64,000 nucleotides of DNA from Kofleriaceae bacterium (lineage in GTDB: Bacteria; Myxococcota_A; Polyangia; Haliangiales; Haliangiaceae): contig JBKJLC010000084.1 of assembly GCA_046597055.1 (NCBI GenBank), forward strand, positions 28,774 through 92,773, in the 5' to 3' direction. Numbering within the stretch: position 1 is the first letter of the stretch; every line of letters begins with the position of its first letter. The notes under the pieces are model-generated. The model had not been told where the DNA came from. It saw only the letters and a list, made by a program, of their open reading frames with translations, and searched no databases. The position numbers and the translations under genes were made by a program. This document shows positions 20,374 through 34,040 of this stretch, in pieces.

Positions 20374-21518
20374 AGCCCGCCCGGATCCTGGTCACCGGCG
20401 CCACCGGGTTCATCGGCTCGCGCCTCTGCGAGCTCCTGTCACTCGAGTACCGCATCCCCTATCGGGCGCTCGTTCGCAATTTCTCGCGCGCCACGCGGAT
20501 CGCCCGGTTGGACACCGAGTTGGTGGCCGGCGACCTGCTCGACGTCCGCAGCCTGGAGCGGGCCGTGGAGGGCTGCGACGCCGTCGTCAACCTGGCCCAC
20601 GCCGAAGACAAGACCGCCGAGCAGGAGACGGCGCACCTGGTCGACGCCTGCGCGCGCGCCCGGGTCCGGCGCCTGGTCCACATGAGCTCGATGGCGGTGC
20701 ATGGGCCGTCGCCGAAACTGCCAGTGGTCACCGAGCGCACCGCGTCGATCGAGCGGTGGGGCGAGGGCTACTCCGACGCCAAGGCCGCCGCCGAGGCCGT
20801 CGTCACGGCGGCGGGGAAGCGGGGGACGCTCGAGACCGTCGTCCTCCGCCCGACGATCGTCTACGGTCCCTACAGTTTCTTCGTCACGCCGATCGTTCAG
20901 GACGCGCGGCAGGGGAAGATCAGCCTGATCGACGGCGGCCGGGGCCTCTGCAACGCGGTGTACGTCGACGACGTCTGCGATGCGGTCATGGCGGCGCTCG
21001 ACCGCGACGAGGCGGTCGGCGCCGCCTTCTTGATCAACGGCGATACCCGCATCACGTGGGGGGACTTCATCACCGCGTTCGCCGGCATGGTCGACGGCGC
21101 CAAGACCGTCTACGACCACTCGCTCGAGGAGATCGCCGCCTACTGGGAAGCGCAGCGTCCCCGCGCGCGCGACAGCGCCACCGCCGCCGTCCGGCTCGCC
21201 GTCTCGCCGGCCCTCCACGCCCAGCTCGCCACCATCCCGCCGGTCGGCAAGCTGATCCGCGCAACCAAGGAGCTGGTCTCCGGTCGGCTCACGGCGGAGC
21301 AGAAGATGTCGCTCAAGCTCTTCCTGGGGGGACGACGCGCGCCGGCTGTCGTCCCGCCGATGCGGATGCCCAACGAGGGCCGGGTCGTGCGCGAGGCGTA
21401 CCGATCGTGGGTGTCGAACGATCTGGCCAAGGCCCGGCTCGGCTGGGTGCCGGCCCGTTCGTTCGCGGTAGGCGTCCAGCGCACGGGCGAGTGGATGCGG
21501 TTCGCGCGCCTCACGTGA
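20370..21518 (+). CDS. NAD-dependent epimerase/dehydratase
   Basis: ILVTGATGFIG, SS, YSDAK (YxxxK), LRPTIVYGP. GTGA overlap with the upstream stop. Confidence 0.92.
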   Translation: MKPARILVTGATGFIGSRLCELLSLEYRIPYRALVRNFSRATRIARLDTELVAGDLLDVRSLERAVEGCDAVVNLAHAEDKTAEQETAHLVDACARARVRRLVHMSSMAVHGPSPKLPVVTERTASIERWGEGYSDAKAAAEAVVTAAGKRGTLETVVLRPTIVYGPYSFFVTPIVQDARQGKISLIDGGRGLCNAVYVDDVCDAVMAALDRDEAVGAAFLINGDTRITWGDFITAFAGMVDGAKTVYDHSLEEIAAYWEAQRPRARDSATAAVRLAVSPALHAQLATIPPVGKLIRATKELVSGRLTAEQKMSLKLFLGGRRAPAVVPPMRMPNEGRVVREAYRSWVSNDLAKARLGWVPARSFAVGVQRTGEWMRFARLT

Positions 21519-21584
21519 TCGCTCCTGGACGCGTGCCGATGACCGCATCTCTCTATTTGCGCGTGGCGCTAAGATGATCCGCGG

Positions 21585-25373
<3,789 letters not shown>

Positions 25374-25386
25374 TTCGGCGCCGGCG

Positions 25387-26565
25387 TCAGGGCGCGTCCG
25401 GATCGTGGCCGCGGGTCTCCCAGCTGCTCGAGTCGAGCGTGAACAGGGCGAGCGGCACGAACAGCCCGCTCGTGATCGGCATGACCAGCGCGTGCGGGAG
25501 ATACGCGAGCGCGCCGACCCGCTCGTGCGCGGGCCAGGCCCGGACCCGCCAGCGGTAGTACAGGCCGTAGAGCCCGAGGAAGCCCAGGTGGACCAGCACC
25601 ACCTGGACCAGCCGGTCGGCGGCCAGCGCCCGGAACAAGCCGATCGGGTAGAGGACCAGCACCAAGGCCGCCGCGAAGTAGCTGATCGCGACCAGCGGGG
25701 TCAGCTTCCACACGTGGCTGCAGCCCGCGACGTAGTCGACGATGACCGCCCGCCGCCAGCGCAGCTGCTGCGAGAAGTAGGCGGACAGGGTCGCCGGCAC
25801 CAACGTCCGGCACCGCGCGTCCAGGGTGGTCGTGGTGTGGTAGCCGGCCTTCACGATCTGCCGGGTCAGGTAGCGATCCTCGCCGTACTTGATCGGGACG
25901 CCGAGGATCGCGCGGTCGTCGAGGACCGGCAACAGCTCGACCAGGACCGAGCGCCGGTACGCGGCCAGGCAGCCCGACACCGACATGACGTGGCGGTACG
26001 TGCGTTCGACGTTCTTGCTGACGTAGTACGCGTACCAGTACTTCATCACCTGCATCCGCGTCAGCCAGTTGTCGTGCTTGTTGCGGACGTCGACCCAGCC
26101 GCCGACCGCGGCCACGGTCGGTCCGGTGAAGCGGCGCACCAGCTGCCGGATCGCCTCGGGGTCGACGATCACGTCGGAGTCGATCGACACGATGATCTCG
26201 CTGTCCGACAACCGGACGACCTGGTTGATCGAGGCCCGCTTGCCGACGTTGTGGGGATTGCGCAGCACGGTCAGGCGGTCGTCGTGGCGCGCGACCGCGC
26301 AGGCGTGCTGGTGGCTGTCGTCGGCCGAGCGATCGTCGACGCACACCACGCGCAGCCGGTCGCGCGGGTAGCTCGAGGCCAGCACGCTGCGCAGGGTGTC
26401 CGCGATCGCGGCGCCCTCGTTGAACAACGGGACCACCACGGTCACGGTCGGCAGGTAGTCGTCGACGGTGGCCTCGACCGGCGGGCGCGCGGTCCGCATC
26501 ACGGTCCCCAGGTACCGGTTCACGAGCTGCACCAGGGCCAGCAGCTGGATCAGGACGCGCAGCAC
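25387..26565 (-). CDS. processive GT2 glycosyltransferase, NodC/hyaluronan-synthase-like
   Basis: VDDRSAD, GKR, IDSD, SGCLAAYRR, GEDRYLT, QQLRW, C-terminal TM helices. Confidence 0.88.
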   Translation of the reverse strand: MLRVLIQLLALVQLVNRYLGTVMRTARPPVEATVDDYLPTVTVVVPLFNEGAAIADTLRSVLASSYPRDRLRVVCVDDRSADDSHQHACAVARHDDRLTVLRNPHNVGKRASINQVVRLSDSEIIVSIDSDVIVDPEAIRQLVRRFTGPTVAAVGGWVDVRNKHDNWLTRMQVMKYWYAYYVSKNVERTYRHVMSVSGCLAAYRRSVLVELLPVLDDRAILGVPIKYGEDRYLTRQIVKAGYHTTTTLDARCRTLVPATLSAYFSQQLRWRRAVIVDYVAGCSHVWKLTPLVAISYFAAALVLVLYPIGLFRALAADRLVQVVLVHLGFLGLYGLYYRWRVRAWPAHERVGALAYLPHALVMPITSGLFVPLALFTLDSSSWETRGHDPDAP

Positions 26566-26735
26566 GGGGTGGCCAGGGACCTCGCGTCGAACGATAGGGG
26601 CCGGGTCGACGCGCGGTCAAGGCGCTTGCCCGCCACGGAGGCGGGTTGCCGGTCGACGTGACCAGGGCCGCGATCACCGGCAACCTCGCGCGGCGCCGCC
26701 GGCGGGCTTGCTCGCGCCGCGACGCCGGGCGCACG

Positions 26736-27884
26736 ATGGCGCGGGTGAGCGGATCGGGCGCGACGACCTCGAGGACCGGCCGGGTGCTGCTGGTCGAGGA
26801 GGGCTGGCACTCGACGATGTACCTGGCGCGCGCGCTCGAGGACGCCGGGCATGCGGTCACCGTGCTGACCGCCAACGGCAGCACCGCCTCGTGCCGGCGC
26901 CGTTCGGTGCGCTGGATCTCGGGGCCGCCGCTCGCGAGCCCGGGGTTCCCGGCGCACCTCGCGGGCGTCATGGCCGGCGCGCGGTTCGCGCACGTGCTGC
27001 CGCTGACCGAGCCGGCGATGGCGCGGCTGTGGGACGCGCCCGGGCCGTGGAGCGACCGGCTGCATCCGGTCACCGCGGCCTGGCAGCGGCACCTGCTGCG
27101 GGACAAGCACGCGCTGGTCGAGCACATGGCCGCGCGCGGGATCGACGTGCCCGCCCACCGCCGGCTCGACGCCCAGCCCGACCTCGGCGCGGCGGTGCGG
27201 GCACTCGGTCTGCCGCTGGTGATCAAGGGCGACCGCGGCTCGGCGGGGCGGATGGTGCGGATCGTCGACACCATGGCGGCGCTGGAGCTGGCGGTGCGGC
27301 GCGCGCGTACGCTCGGCGGCGCGTGGATCCTGCAGGAGCTGATCGCGGGTCCGACCTACCTGTTCGGTGGGCTGTTCCACGACGGGCGGCCGCTGCGGAT
27401 CTACGCGGCGCGCAAGGTCGAGCAGCAACCGCCGCGGACCGGCGGCGCCAGCCGCCTCCGCTCCACCGACGATCCGGGCCTGATCGACGTCGGGCTGCGC
27501 ACGCTGCGCGAGCTGCGCTGGACCGGCTTCGCCAGCGCCGATCTCATGCGCCGGCCCGACGGCCGCCACGTGCTGCTCGAGGTCAACCCGCGGTTGTGGG
27601 GCTCGCTCGCCGGCGCGGCCTCGGCCGGGGTCGACCTGTTCACGCCCTTCGCCGCGGTGCTCGCCGGCCAGGTGCCGCCGGCCCAGCTCGGGTTCGCCGC
27701 CGACGACGACTGCCTGATCTTCCCGCGCTACCTCGGCGCCGCCAGCCATCGCAACCTGGCCGGGGCCCGGCGGGCGCTCGGCCACCTGCGCGGCGATCAG
27801 GGCCGCGACTGGCGCGATCCGGTGTTCGTGGTGCACATCCTGCGGCGGCTGTTCCACCTGCGGCAGCAGTCCCAGCGGTTCTGA
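26736..27884 (+). CDS. ATP-grasp domain protein
   Basis: DK, GLPLVIKG, LQELIAG, LLEVNPRLWGS. Confidence 0.85.
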   Translation: MARVSGSGATTSRTGRVLLVEEGWHSTMYLARALEDAGHAVTVLTANGSTASCRRRSVRWISGPPLASPGFPAHLAGVMAGARFAHVLPLTEPAMARLWDAPGPWSDRLHPVTAAWQRHLLRDKHALVEHMAARGIDVPAHRRLDAQPDLGAAVRALGLPLVIKGDRGSAGRMVRIVDTMAALELAVRRARTLGGAWILQELIAGPTYLFGGLFHDGRPLRIYAARKVEQQPPRTGGASRLRSTDDPGLIDVGLRTLRELRWTGFASADLMRRPDGRHVLLEVNPRLWGSLAGAASAGVDLFTPFAAVLAGQVPPAQLGFAADDDCLIFPRYLGAASHRNLAGARRALGHLRGDQGRDWRDPVFVVHILRRLFHLRQQSQRF

Positions 27885-27933
27885 CCCCACGGCGGGTGGC
27901 CGCCCGGGCGCGGGTTCCTTGCTATCGTGGGCC

Positions 27934-28971
27934 GTGGCTCAGGTCCCCGCATCGTCGGCCGGCGCGGCGCGCGCGCTCGCCCTGGTCGAGTCGCTCCAGG
28001 CCGGCTTCGCCGCCGCGCTCGCGGCCGAGACCGCGGCGGTCGGCTCGCCCACGCCGTTCGCGCCGGTCGGGTGGCTGCGCGACGACGGCCGGCACGGCGG
28101 TGGGGTCCGGCTCGGCGCCGGCGGCACCGCGGCGCTCGACCGCGCGTCGATCAACGTGTCGCAGGTCCACTACGATGACGAGCCGGCCCGGGCCCTGAGC
28201 TCGGCCACCGCGCTGTCGACGATCATCCACCCGGCGTCGCCGCACGCGCCCTCGGTGCACATCCACCTCAGCTGGACCGAGCTGCGCGCCGGGCGCGCGT
28301 ACTGGCGGATGATGGCCGATCTCAACCCGGCGATCCCCGATGACGCCCAGACCGCGACCTTCGCGGCGGCGCTGCGCGCGGCCGCGCCCGCGCTCGACGC
28401 GCAGGCCCATGCCCAGGGCGATCGCTACTTCTGGATCCCCGCGCTCGGCCGCCATCGGGGCGTCACCCACTTCTATCTCGAGGATCACGCGACTGGCGAG
28501 GCCGCGGCCGACGCGGCGCTGGCCCGGCGCGTGGGCGAGGCGGCCACCACCACCTACGCGCGGCTGCTGGGCGCGGCGCTGCGCCGGGCCACGCCGGTCA
28601 CCGCCGACGATCGGGCGCGCCAGCTCGCGTACCACACGCTGTACCTGTTCCAGGTGCTCACGCTCGATCGCGGCACCACGTCGGGCCTGCTGATCCACGA
28701 TCAGAACGACGCCGGCATCCTGGGGTCGTTGCCGTCGCACGTCGACCGCGGGCTGCTCGCGGGGTGGCGCGACCGGCTGGCCGCGCCGCAAGATGCGCTG
28801 CTCGACGCGATCGTGGCGGTGCTGCCCGACGCGCACCCGGCGCCGGTCGGCGAGGCGACCAAGGTCGCGCTGGCAGGAGCGCTGCGCGCGCACTACCGCG
28901 CGCACCCCGAGGCGATCGCGCTGCAGGCCTCGGGCGGCGTCGCGGTGCCCACGGTCGCGAACCACCGCTGA
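27934..28971 (+). CDS. hemF: divergent coproporphyrinogen III oxidase (HemF-like)
   Basis: GGG, RASINVSQVH, STIIHP..PHAPSVH, DLNP, DRYFWIP..RHRG, DRGT. Start GTG 27934 after TATCGT. Confidence 0.75.
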   Translation: MAQVPASSAGAARALALVESLQAGFAAALAAETAAVGSPTPFAPVGWLRDDGRHGGGVRLGAGGTAALDRASINVSQVHYDDEPARALSSATALSTIIHPASPHAPSVHIHLSWTELRAGRAYWRMMADLNPAIPDDAQTATFAAALRAAAPALDAQAHAQGDRYFWIPALGRHRGVTHFYLEDHATGEAAADAALARRVGEAATTTYARLLGAALRRATPVTADDRARQLAYHTLYLFQVLTLDRGTTSGLLIHDQNDAGILGSLPSHVDRGLLAGWRDRLAAPQDALLDAIVAVLPDAHPAPVGEATKVALAGALRAHYRAHPEAIALQASGGVAVPTVANHR

Positions 28972-29071
28972 CGCGCGGAGCGCCGTCGGCGAGCCCGCGT
29001 GAGGATGCGAGGTCGGCGCGGCCTTGCCAGGCTGGGCGCGCCGGAGTATCCCGCACGGGGAGGCCGTATCC

Positions 29072-30508
29072 ATGGCGCAGACTGCTCAGCAACGGACGAT
29101 CGAGACCGTCGAGAACGAGGCCCAGCGGGTCTTCAAGCTCCAGCGTGAGGCCTACCTCCGCCATCCTTATCCGAGCTACGACGAGCGGCTCGACAACCTG
29201 CACAAGCTCGACCGCCTGCTGGTCGACAACCGCGCCGCGATCGCCGCGGCGATCAGCGCCGACTTCGGCAATCGCTCGATCGAAGAGTCGATGATGGCCG
29301 AGGTCTTCACCTCGGTCGACGGCCTGCGCGACGTGGCCAAGCACCTCAAGTCGTGGATGGCGCCCGAGAAGCGCGGCATCTCGCTGCTGTTCGCCACCGG
29401 CAAGAACCGGGTGATCCCGATGCCCAAGGGCGTCGTCGGCATCGTGTCACCCTGGAACTATCCGCTGTTCCTCACGATGAGCCCGCTGACCAGCGTGCTG
29501 GCCGCGGGCAACCGCGCCATGATCAAGATGGCGTCGAATTCGCAGCACCTGTGCCGGCTGCTCGCCGCGAAGGTCCAGGAGGTGTTCGCCGAGGACGTGC
29601 TGGCGATCCTCCCCGGCGTGAAGGGGCAGGACTTCTCGTCGCTGCCCTACGACCACCTGATCTTCACCGGGTCGGCCGACGCCGGCCGCACCGTCATGCG
29701 CGCGGCGGCCGAGAACCTCACGCCGGTGACGCTCGAGCTCGGCGGCAAGTCGCCGACGATCATCGCCGACGACTTCGACGTCGAGGAGGCGGCGGCGCGC
29801 ATCCTCTACGCCAAGTGCCTCAACGCCGGGCAGACCTGCCTGGCGCCCGACTACCTGCTCATCCCCGAGTGGAAGCGCGACGCCTTCGTCGCCGCGGCCC
29901 GGCGCATCATGCCGACGCGCTACCCCGACACCGACTCGCCGCAGTACACGTCGGTCATCGACGACAAGGCGTACCGGCGGCTGCGCGCCACCCTCGACGA
30001 CGCCCAGCAGAAGGGCGCCGAGCTGGTGCCGCTCATCCCGTCGGCGACGTTCAACGACGCGCTGCGCAAGATCCCGCCGCACCTGGTCCTCGGCGTCACC
30101 GATGACATGAAGGTGATGCAGGACGAGATCTTCGGGCCGCTGCTGCCGGTCAAGACCTACCAGACCCTCGACGAGGCGATCGCCTACGTGAACGGGAAGG
30201 ATCGCCCGCTCGGGCTGTACCTGTTCACCAACGACAAGGCGACCGAGCAGCGGGTCCTGTACTCGACGATCTCGGGCGGCGTCACCATCAACAACTGCAT
30301 GCTGCACGTCGCGCAGCACGACCTGCCGTTCGGCGGCGTCGGTGCCAGCGGCATGGGCCAGTACCACGCGCGCGAGGGCTTCCTCGAGTTCTCGAAGCTG
30401 CGCCCGGTCTTCACTAACCCCCGGCTCCCGATCCTCGACATGTTCTACCCGCCGTACACGAAGAAGCACCAGAAGGTCCTCGACTTCCTGGTCCGCTTCA
30501 AGCGCTGA
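29072..30508 (+). CDS. aldehyde dehydrogenase (coniferyl aldehyde dehydrogenase-like)
   Basis: PWNYP, FTGS, LELGGKSP, NAGQTCLAPDY, EIFGP, PFGGVGASGMG. Confidence 0.93.
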   Translation: MAQTAQQRTIETVENEAQRVFKLQREAYLRHPYPSYDERLDNLHKLDRLLVDNRAAIAAAISADFGNRSIEESMMAEVFTSVDGLRDVAKHLKSWMAPEKRGISLLFATGKNRVIPMPKGVVGIVSPWNYPLFLTMSPLTSVLAAGNRAMIKMASNSQHLCRLLAAKVQEVFAEDVLAILPGVKGQDFSSLPYDHLIFTGSADAGRTVMRAAAENLTPVTLELGGKSPTIIADDFDVEEAAARILYAKCLNAGQTCLAPDYLLIPEWKRDAFVAAARRIMPTRYPDTDSPQYTSVIDDKAYRRLRATLDDAQQKGAELVPLIPSATFNDALRKIPPHLVLGVTDDMKVMQDEIFGPLLPVKTYQTLDEAIAYVNGKDRPLGLYLFTNDKATEQRVLYSTISGGVTINNCMLHVAQHDLPFGGVGASGMGQYHAREGFLEFSKLRPVFTNPRLPILDMFYPPYTKKHQKVLDFLVRFKR

Positions 30509-30523
30509 CCGGCGGTCGGGGCC

Positions 30524-33175
30524 TCACGGTCCGCGGGTGTCGTCGGACGTCACGGTGACGACGGTCGCGTGTCGGCCCGCGATGCCCGCGGTCGCGTGCA
30601 GCCAGGCGACCAGCTCGGCGGCCGAGGCGGGGCGCGCCGGGCTGCACGCGGCGCGCAGCGCGTCGCGCAGCGCGCTTGCGGTGGCGAAGCGGTCGTCGGG
30701 GTCGACCTCGAGCGCGCGGGCGACCACCGTCACCAGCGCCGGCGGCGCGCCGGCCGCCAGCACCTCCAGCGCCGCCCGCGGCGAGATGCGGTCGTCGAGC
30801 GGCGCCGCGCCCAGGCACTCGAGCAACAACACCGCCGTGCTGTAGAGGTCGGAGCGGGCGTCGAGCTCCTGCGCGTGGGCCTGCTCCGGCGACATGTAAA
30901 GGGGTGTGCCGCGGACCACGCCGGTCCGGGTCAGGTCGACCCGGGCGGCGCTGCGCGCGATGCCGAAGTCGACCAGCTTCACCTCGCCGGCGACGCTGAC
31001 CAGGACGTTGCTCGGCGTGATGTCGCGGTGCACCACCCGCAGCCAGTGCCCGTGCAGGTCGCACGCGGCGTGCGCGTAGGCGAGCGCGTCGAGCAGCGGG
31101 ACCACGATCGCGAGGACGATCGGCAGCGGCATCGGGCCGCCACCGCGCCGCAGCAGCGCGCGCAGCGGCTCGCCATCGACGTACTCCATCGCGATGAAGT
31201 AGCCGCTCTGGTGGCGGCCGACCTCGATGATCTGCGCGATGCCGGGATGGTGCAGGGCCGCGGCGATCCGGGCCTCGTGCAGGAACATCGCGACGTGCTC
31301 TGCGTCCTCGGCGACCCGCGGCAGCGGGCGCTTGAGCGCGACCCGCCGCTCGAACCCACCGGGCCCGATCTGCCAGGCCAGGTGGACCTCGGCGTTGCCG
31401 CCGACGCCGAGGCGGCGCTCGACCCGGTAGGCTCCGACCGAGCCCTCGCCGTGCTGGCGCTCGAGCGCGGTGCCGATCTGGGCCGCGACCGTGCCGACGA
31501 AGCCCTGCTCGGCCTCGTCGTAGCGGAGCCCCGACCGGCGGACGCCGACGCCGACGAAGCCGCTGACCACGCCGTGCATCCGGACCGGGGCGACCAGCGC
31601 GAGGTGGCGCTCGCCGAGCGGGCTCTGCGCGGCGGCCGGCATCGGGGTTGCCGTGAACGCGCCCAGCCCCCACACCCGGTCGACCCGGATCGCGGCGGCC
31701 AGGGGCCCGTCGCGCAGCAGCGGCTCGCGGTTGGGGCCGGGCGCGCCCCAGCCCTCGTGCCGGTGATAGGCCTCGCCCGTCGACGCCAGCAGCCACAGCT
31801 CGAGGTGCTCGGCGTGGAGCACCTGGAGCGCGCCGTGGGCGGCGGCCAGGGCGGCGGCGCTGTCGCCGGCCGAGACCAGGCGGGCCAGCTCGGACAGGGT
31901 GCGGCGCGACTCGACCTGATCGACCTGCGCCCGCAGGAAGCGGCGATCGAGCCGCCGGCGCAGGGCCCGGTAGATCGGCGCCATCGCGAGCGCGGCGGCC
32001 GCGGTGATCGCGATCCGCACCAGCGGCGACGCCGGCAAGTTGTTCTCGAACGCCAGCGGGACGGCGATCAGGCCGACCACGCAGGCGACCGCGATCGCGC
32101 CGATCGCGAGCAGGTAGTTGACCAAGGCCGCGGTGAGCCGGTCGGCGCCGAGCGCGTTGTAGCGCAGCACGGCGGTGGCCGTCATCGCCGGATAGACCAG
32201 CACCGGCACCGCGTTGAGGTGGATCAGCCACTTCTGGTACGGCACGCCCAGCATCGTGCGGCCCAGGAACAGCAGCAGCGGCAGCCACAGCCCGATCGAC
32301 ATCCCGATCAGCAGCGTGCGGTAGTGCGACGCGAGCGTGCGGTCGCGGCGCCGGGCGGCGAGCCAGCCATGGAGCAGGACCACGGTCAGGACCGCGCCCA
32401 CCACCAGCGACCACAGGCTGCCCCACAGCCAGTGGCTCATCGCCGCCGGCGGCTCCAGCGTGAGGCCGATGACGGTGAGCCCCACCGCCGGCAGGTAACC
32501 GAGCGCGATGCCGATCCGGGCCCATCGCCCGCGGCGCGCGGTCGGCACCTCGAAGGCGAGCAGGTGCAGCCCGAGGCTGCCCGAGAAGGCGAACGAGGCG
32601 TGGAGCATGTGGGCCAGGAGCGTGGGCGCCCGGCTGGCCGCGACCATCGCCAGCAGCATCACCGCGAGGCTGGTGGTGAAGGCGAGGAACAGCCAGCTGA
32701 CCCGCGCGCCCGGGCGGAGCAGGAAGCACAGGGCACCCAGGGCCACGCACAGCGCCCCGGCCAGGACCCGGCCGGCCAGCGCGAACGCGTGCAGGGGCGG
32801 CAGCGGCAGGACCCGCACCGGGATGGTGACCTCGCCGGCACCGCGGCGGACCGTGATCGTGGGCGGGCCCCACAGCGGGGCCTCGGTCAGCAGTGGCCAC
32901 AGGTAGCCGCCGGGACCGCGCACGCCGGCGACCGCGACCACCCGATCCCCGGGTGCGACGTCGGGCCAGCGCGCATCGGCGCGCGTGACCCGGGTCCGGT
33001 CGAGCTCGAGCCCCGCGGTGTCGATCCGGCGCGTCGCCAGCGCGAGCGCGACCGAGAACGCGACCAGAACGACCCCGGCGAGCACCAGCGCCAGCGCCAC
33101 GCCGACCCAGGGCGTGCGCAGCAGCCGCCGGCTCAGGGAGGCGGTCTCGAGCGTCGACCGTCCAGTGGGTTGCAT
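30524..33175 (-). CDS. membrane Ser/Thr kinase: PDZ-like + multi-TM + GAF-like + C-terminal kinase
   Basis: PGDRVVAVAG (PDZ-like), multiple TM helices, GAF-like segment, GVGGNAEV, VALKR, HRDITPSN, DFG, GTPLYMSPE. Confidence 0.88.
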   Translation of the reverse strand: MQPTGRSTLETASLSRRLLRTPWVGVALALVLAGVVLVAFSVALALATRRIDTAGLELDRTRVTRADARWPDVAPGDRVVAVAGVRGPGGYLWPLLTEAPLWGPPTITVRRGAGEVTIPVRVLPLPPLHAFALAGRVLAGALCVALGALCFLLRPGARVSWLFLAFTTSLAVMLLAMVAASRAPTLLAHMLHASFAFSGSLGLHLLAFEVPTARRGRWARIGIALGYLPAVGLTVIGLTLEPPAAMSHWLWGSLWSLVVGAVLTVVLLHGWLAARRRDRTLASHYRTLLIGMSIGLWLPLLLFLGRTMLGVPYQKWLIHLNAVPVLVYPAMTATAVLRYNALGADRLTAALVNYLLAIGAIAVACVVGLIAVPLAFENNLPASPLVRIAITAAAALAMAPIYRALRRRLDRRFLRAQVDQVESRRTLSELARLVSAGDSAAALAAAHGALQVLHAEHLELWLLASTGEAYHRHEGWGAPGPNREPLLRDGPLAAAIRVDRVWGLGAFTATPMPAAAQSPLGERHLALVAPVRMHGVVSGFVGVGVRRSGLRYDEAEQGFVGTVAAQIGTALERQHGEGSVGAYRVERRLGVGGNAEVHLAWQIGPGGFERRVALKRPLPRVAEDAEHVAMFLHEARIAAALHHPGIAQIIEVGRHQSGYFIAMEYVDGEPLRALLRRGGGPMPLPIVLAIVVPLLDALAYAHAACDLHGHWLRVVHRDITPSNVLVSVAGEVKLVDFGIARSAARVDLTRTGVVRGTPLYMSPEQAHAQELDARSDLYSTAVLLLECLGAAPLDDRISPRAALEVLAAGAPPALVTVVARALEVDPDDRFATASALRDALRAACSPARPASAAELVAWLHATAGIAGRHATVVTVTSDDTRGP

Positions 33176-33309
33176 CGGGGACAGCCGGCCATGTCACCCG
33201 GTCGACCCGGTCGCCGCAAGCCGGGCCTTCTTACAGCTTCCAACGCGCGTGAGCCAAGGTTCTGCGACGCCGGGTCCGCGCCGACGCTCGCACCGAAACC
33301 GACGCCGCG

Positions 33310-33741
33310 TCAGCGGCCGGGGATCGGGGGCGGCTGCCGCAGCTTGCGCAGGTGTTCGCGCAGATCCTCGACCTCGTAGTCGAGCGTGAGGTCGGCGACC
33401 GCGACATCGGGCATCCCGAGCGCGCCGGCCAGCTCGCCGAGGTAGGTGTCCTCGTCGAGATCGATCTCCTCGTCGGCGTCGTGGACCGCGGCGACCAGCT
33501 CGACCAGCTTGCGCTTGTCCTGGTCGCTGTCCGCCGCGAACCGCGCGGCGGTACCGACCAGGTCGAACCGCGTGGGCTCGAACCCGCGCACCCGCGCGTC
33601 CACCTCGGGCGGGAGCTCGTCGGCCGCGAGCAGCCGGGCGAGGAGCTGACGGATCACCCGCTCCTCCTCGCTGCGGAGCTCCTTGTCGGCATGCGCGGCG
33701 CCCATCAGCAGGTCGACGATCTCGAGAATCCGGTCAGTCAT
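33310..33741 (-). CDS. TerB-like tellurite resistance family protein
   Basis: Two acidic AAHAD..EE and AVHDADEEID..E motifs in a helical 143-aa protein. Confidence 0.75.
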   Translation of the reverse strand: MTDRILEIVDLLMGAAHADKELRSEEERVIRQLLARLLAADELPPEVDARVRGFEPTRFDLVGTAARFAADSDQDKRKLVELVAAVHDADEEIDLDEDTYLGELAGALGMPDVAVADLTLDYEVEDLREHLRKLRQPPPIPGR

Positions 33742-34040
33742 GATGAACCCCTAGCGTAGAGCATCATGCGGCGAGGAACAGGGCCCTTCAGAAGCGGCCC
33801 CGCCAGGGGCACCTGCGCGTGATCTGCGAGGGCGCGGCCAATCCTCGCGCGGCCAGCGGATGCGAGCCAGCGCAGAAGCGTGCTGGCGCTGGCAACCAGG
33901 GATGAGGCTCGGGTCACCGCCACAGGGTAGGCGCGGCCCCCGCGGTGCTGACCGGGAAAGGCAGGCAACCCGTGGCGCCGGCACGCGTCGCCAGCACATT
34001 CTTACCCAGGCACCATCGGCTGCGTGATAGACGACGGCCA

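Noticed and set aside
33770..34040. Possible riboswitch or ncRNA in the intergenic gap
   Set aside because: No recognisable conserved motif. An Rfam scan would be needed.
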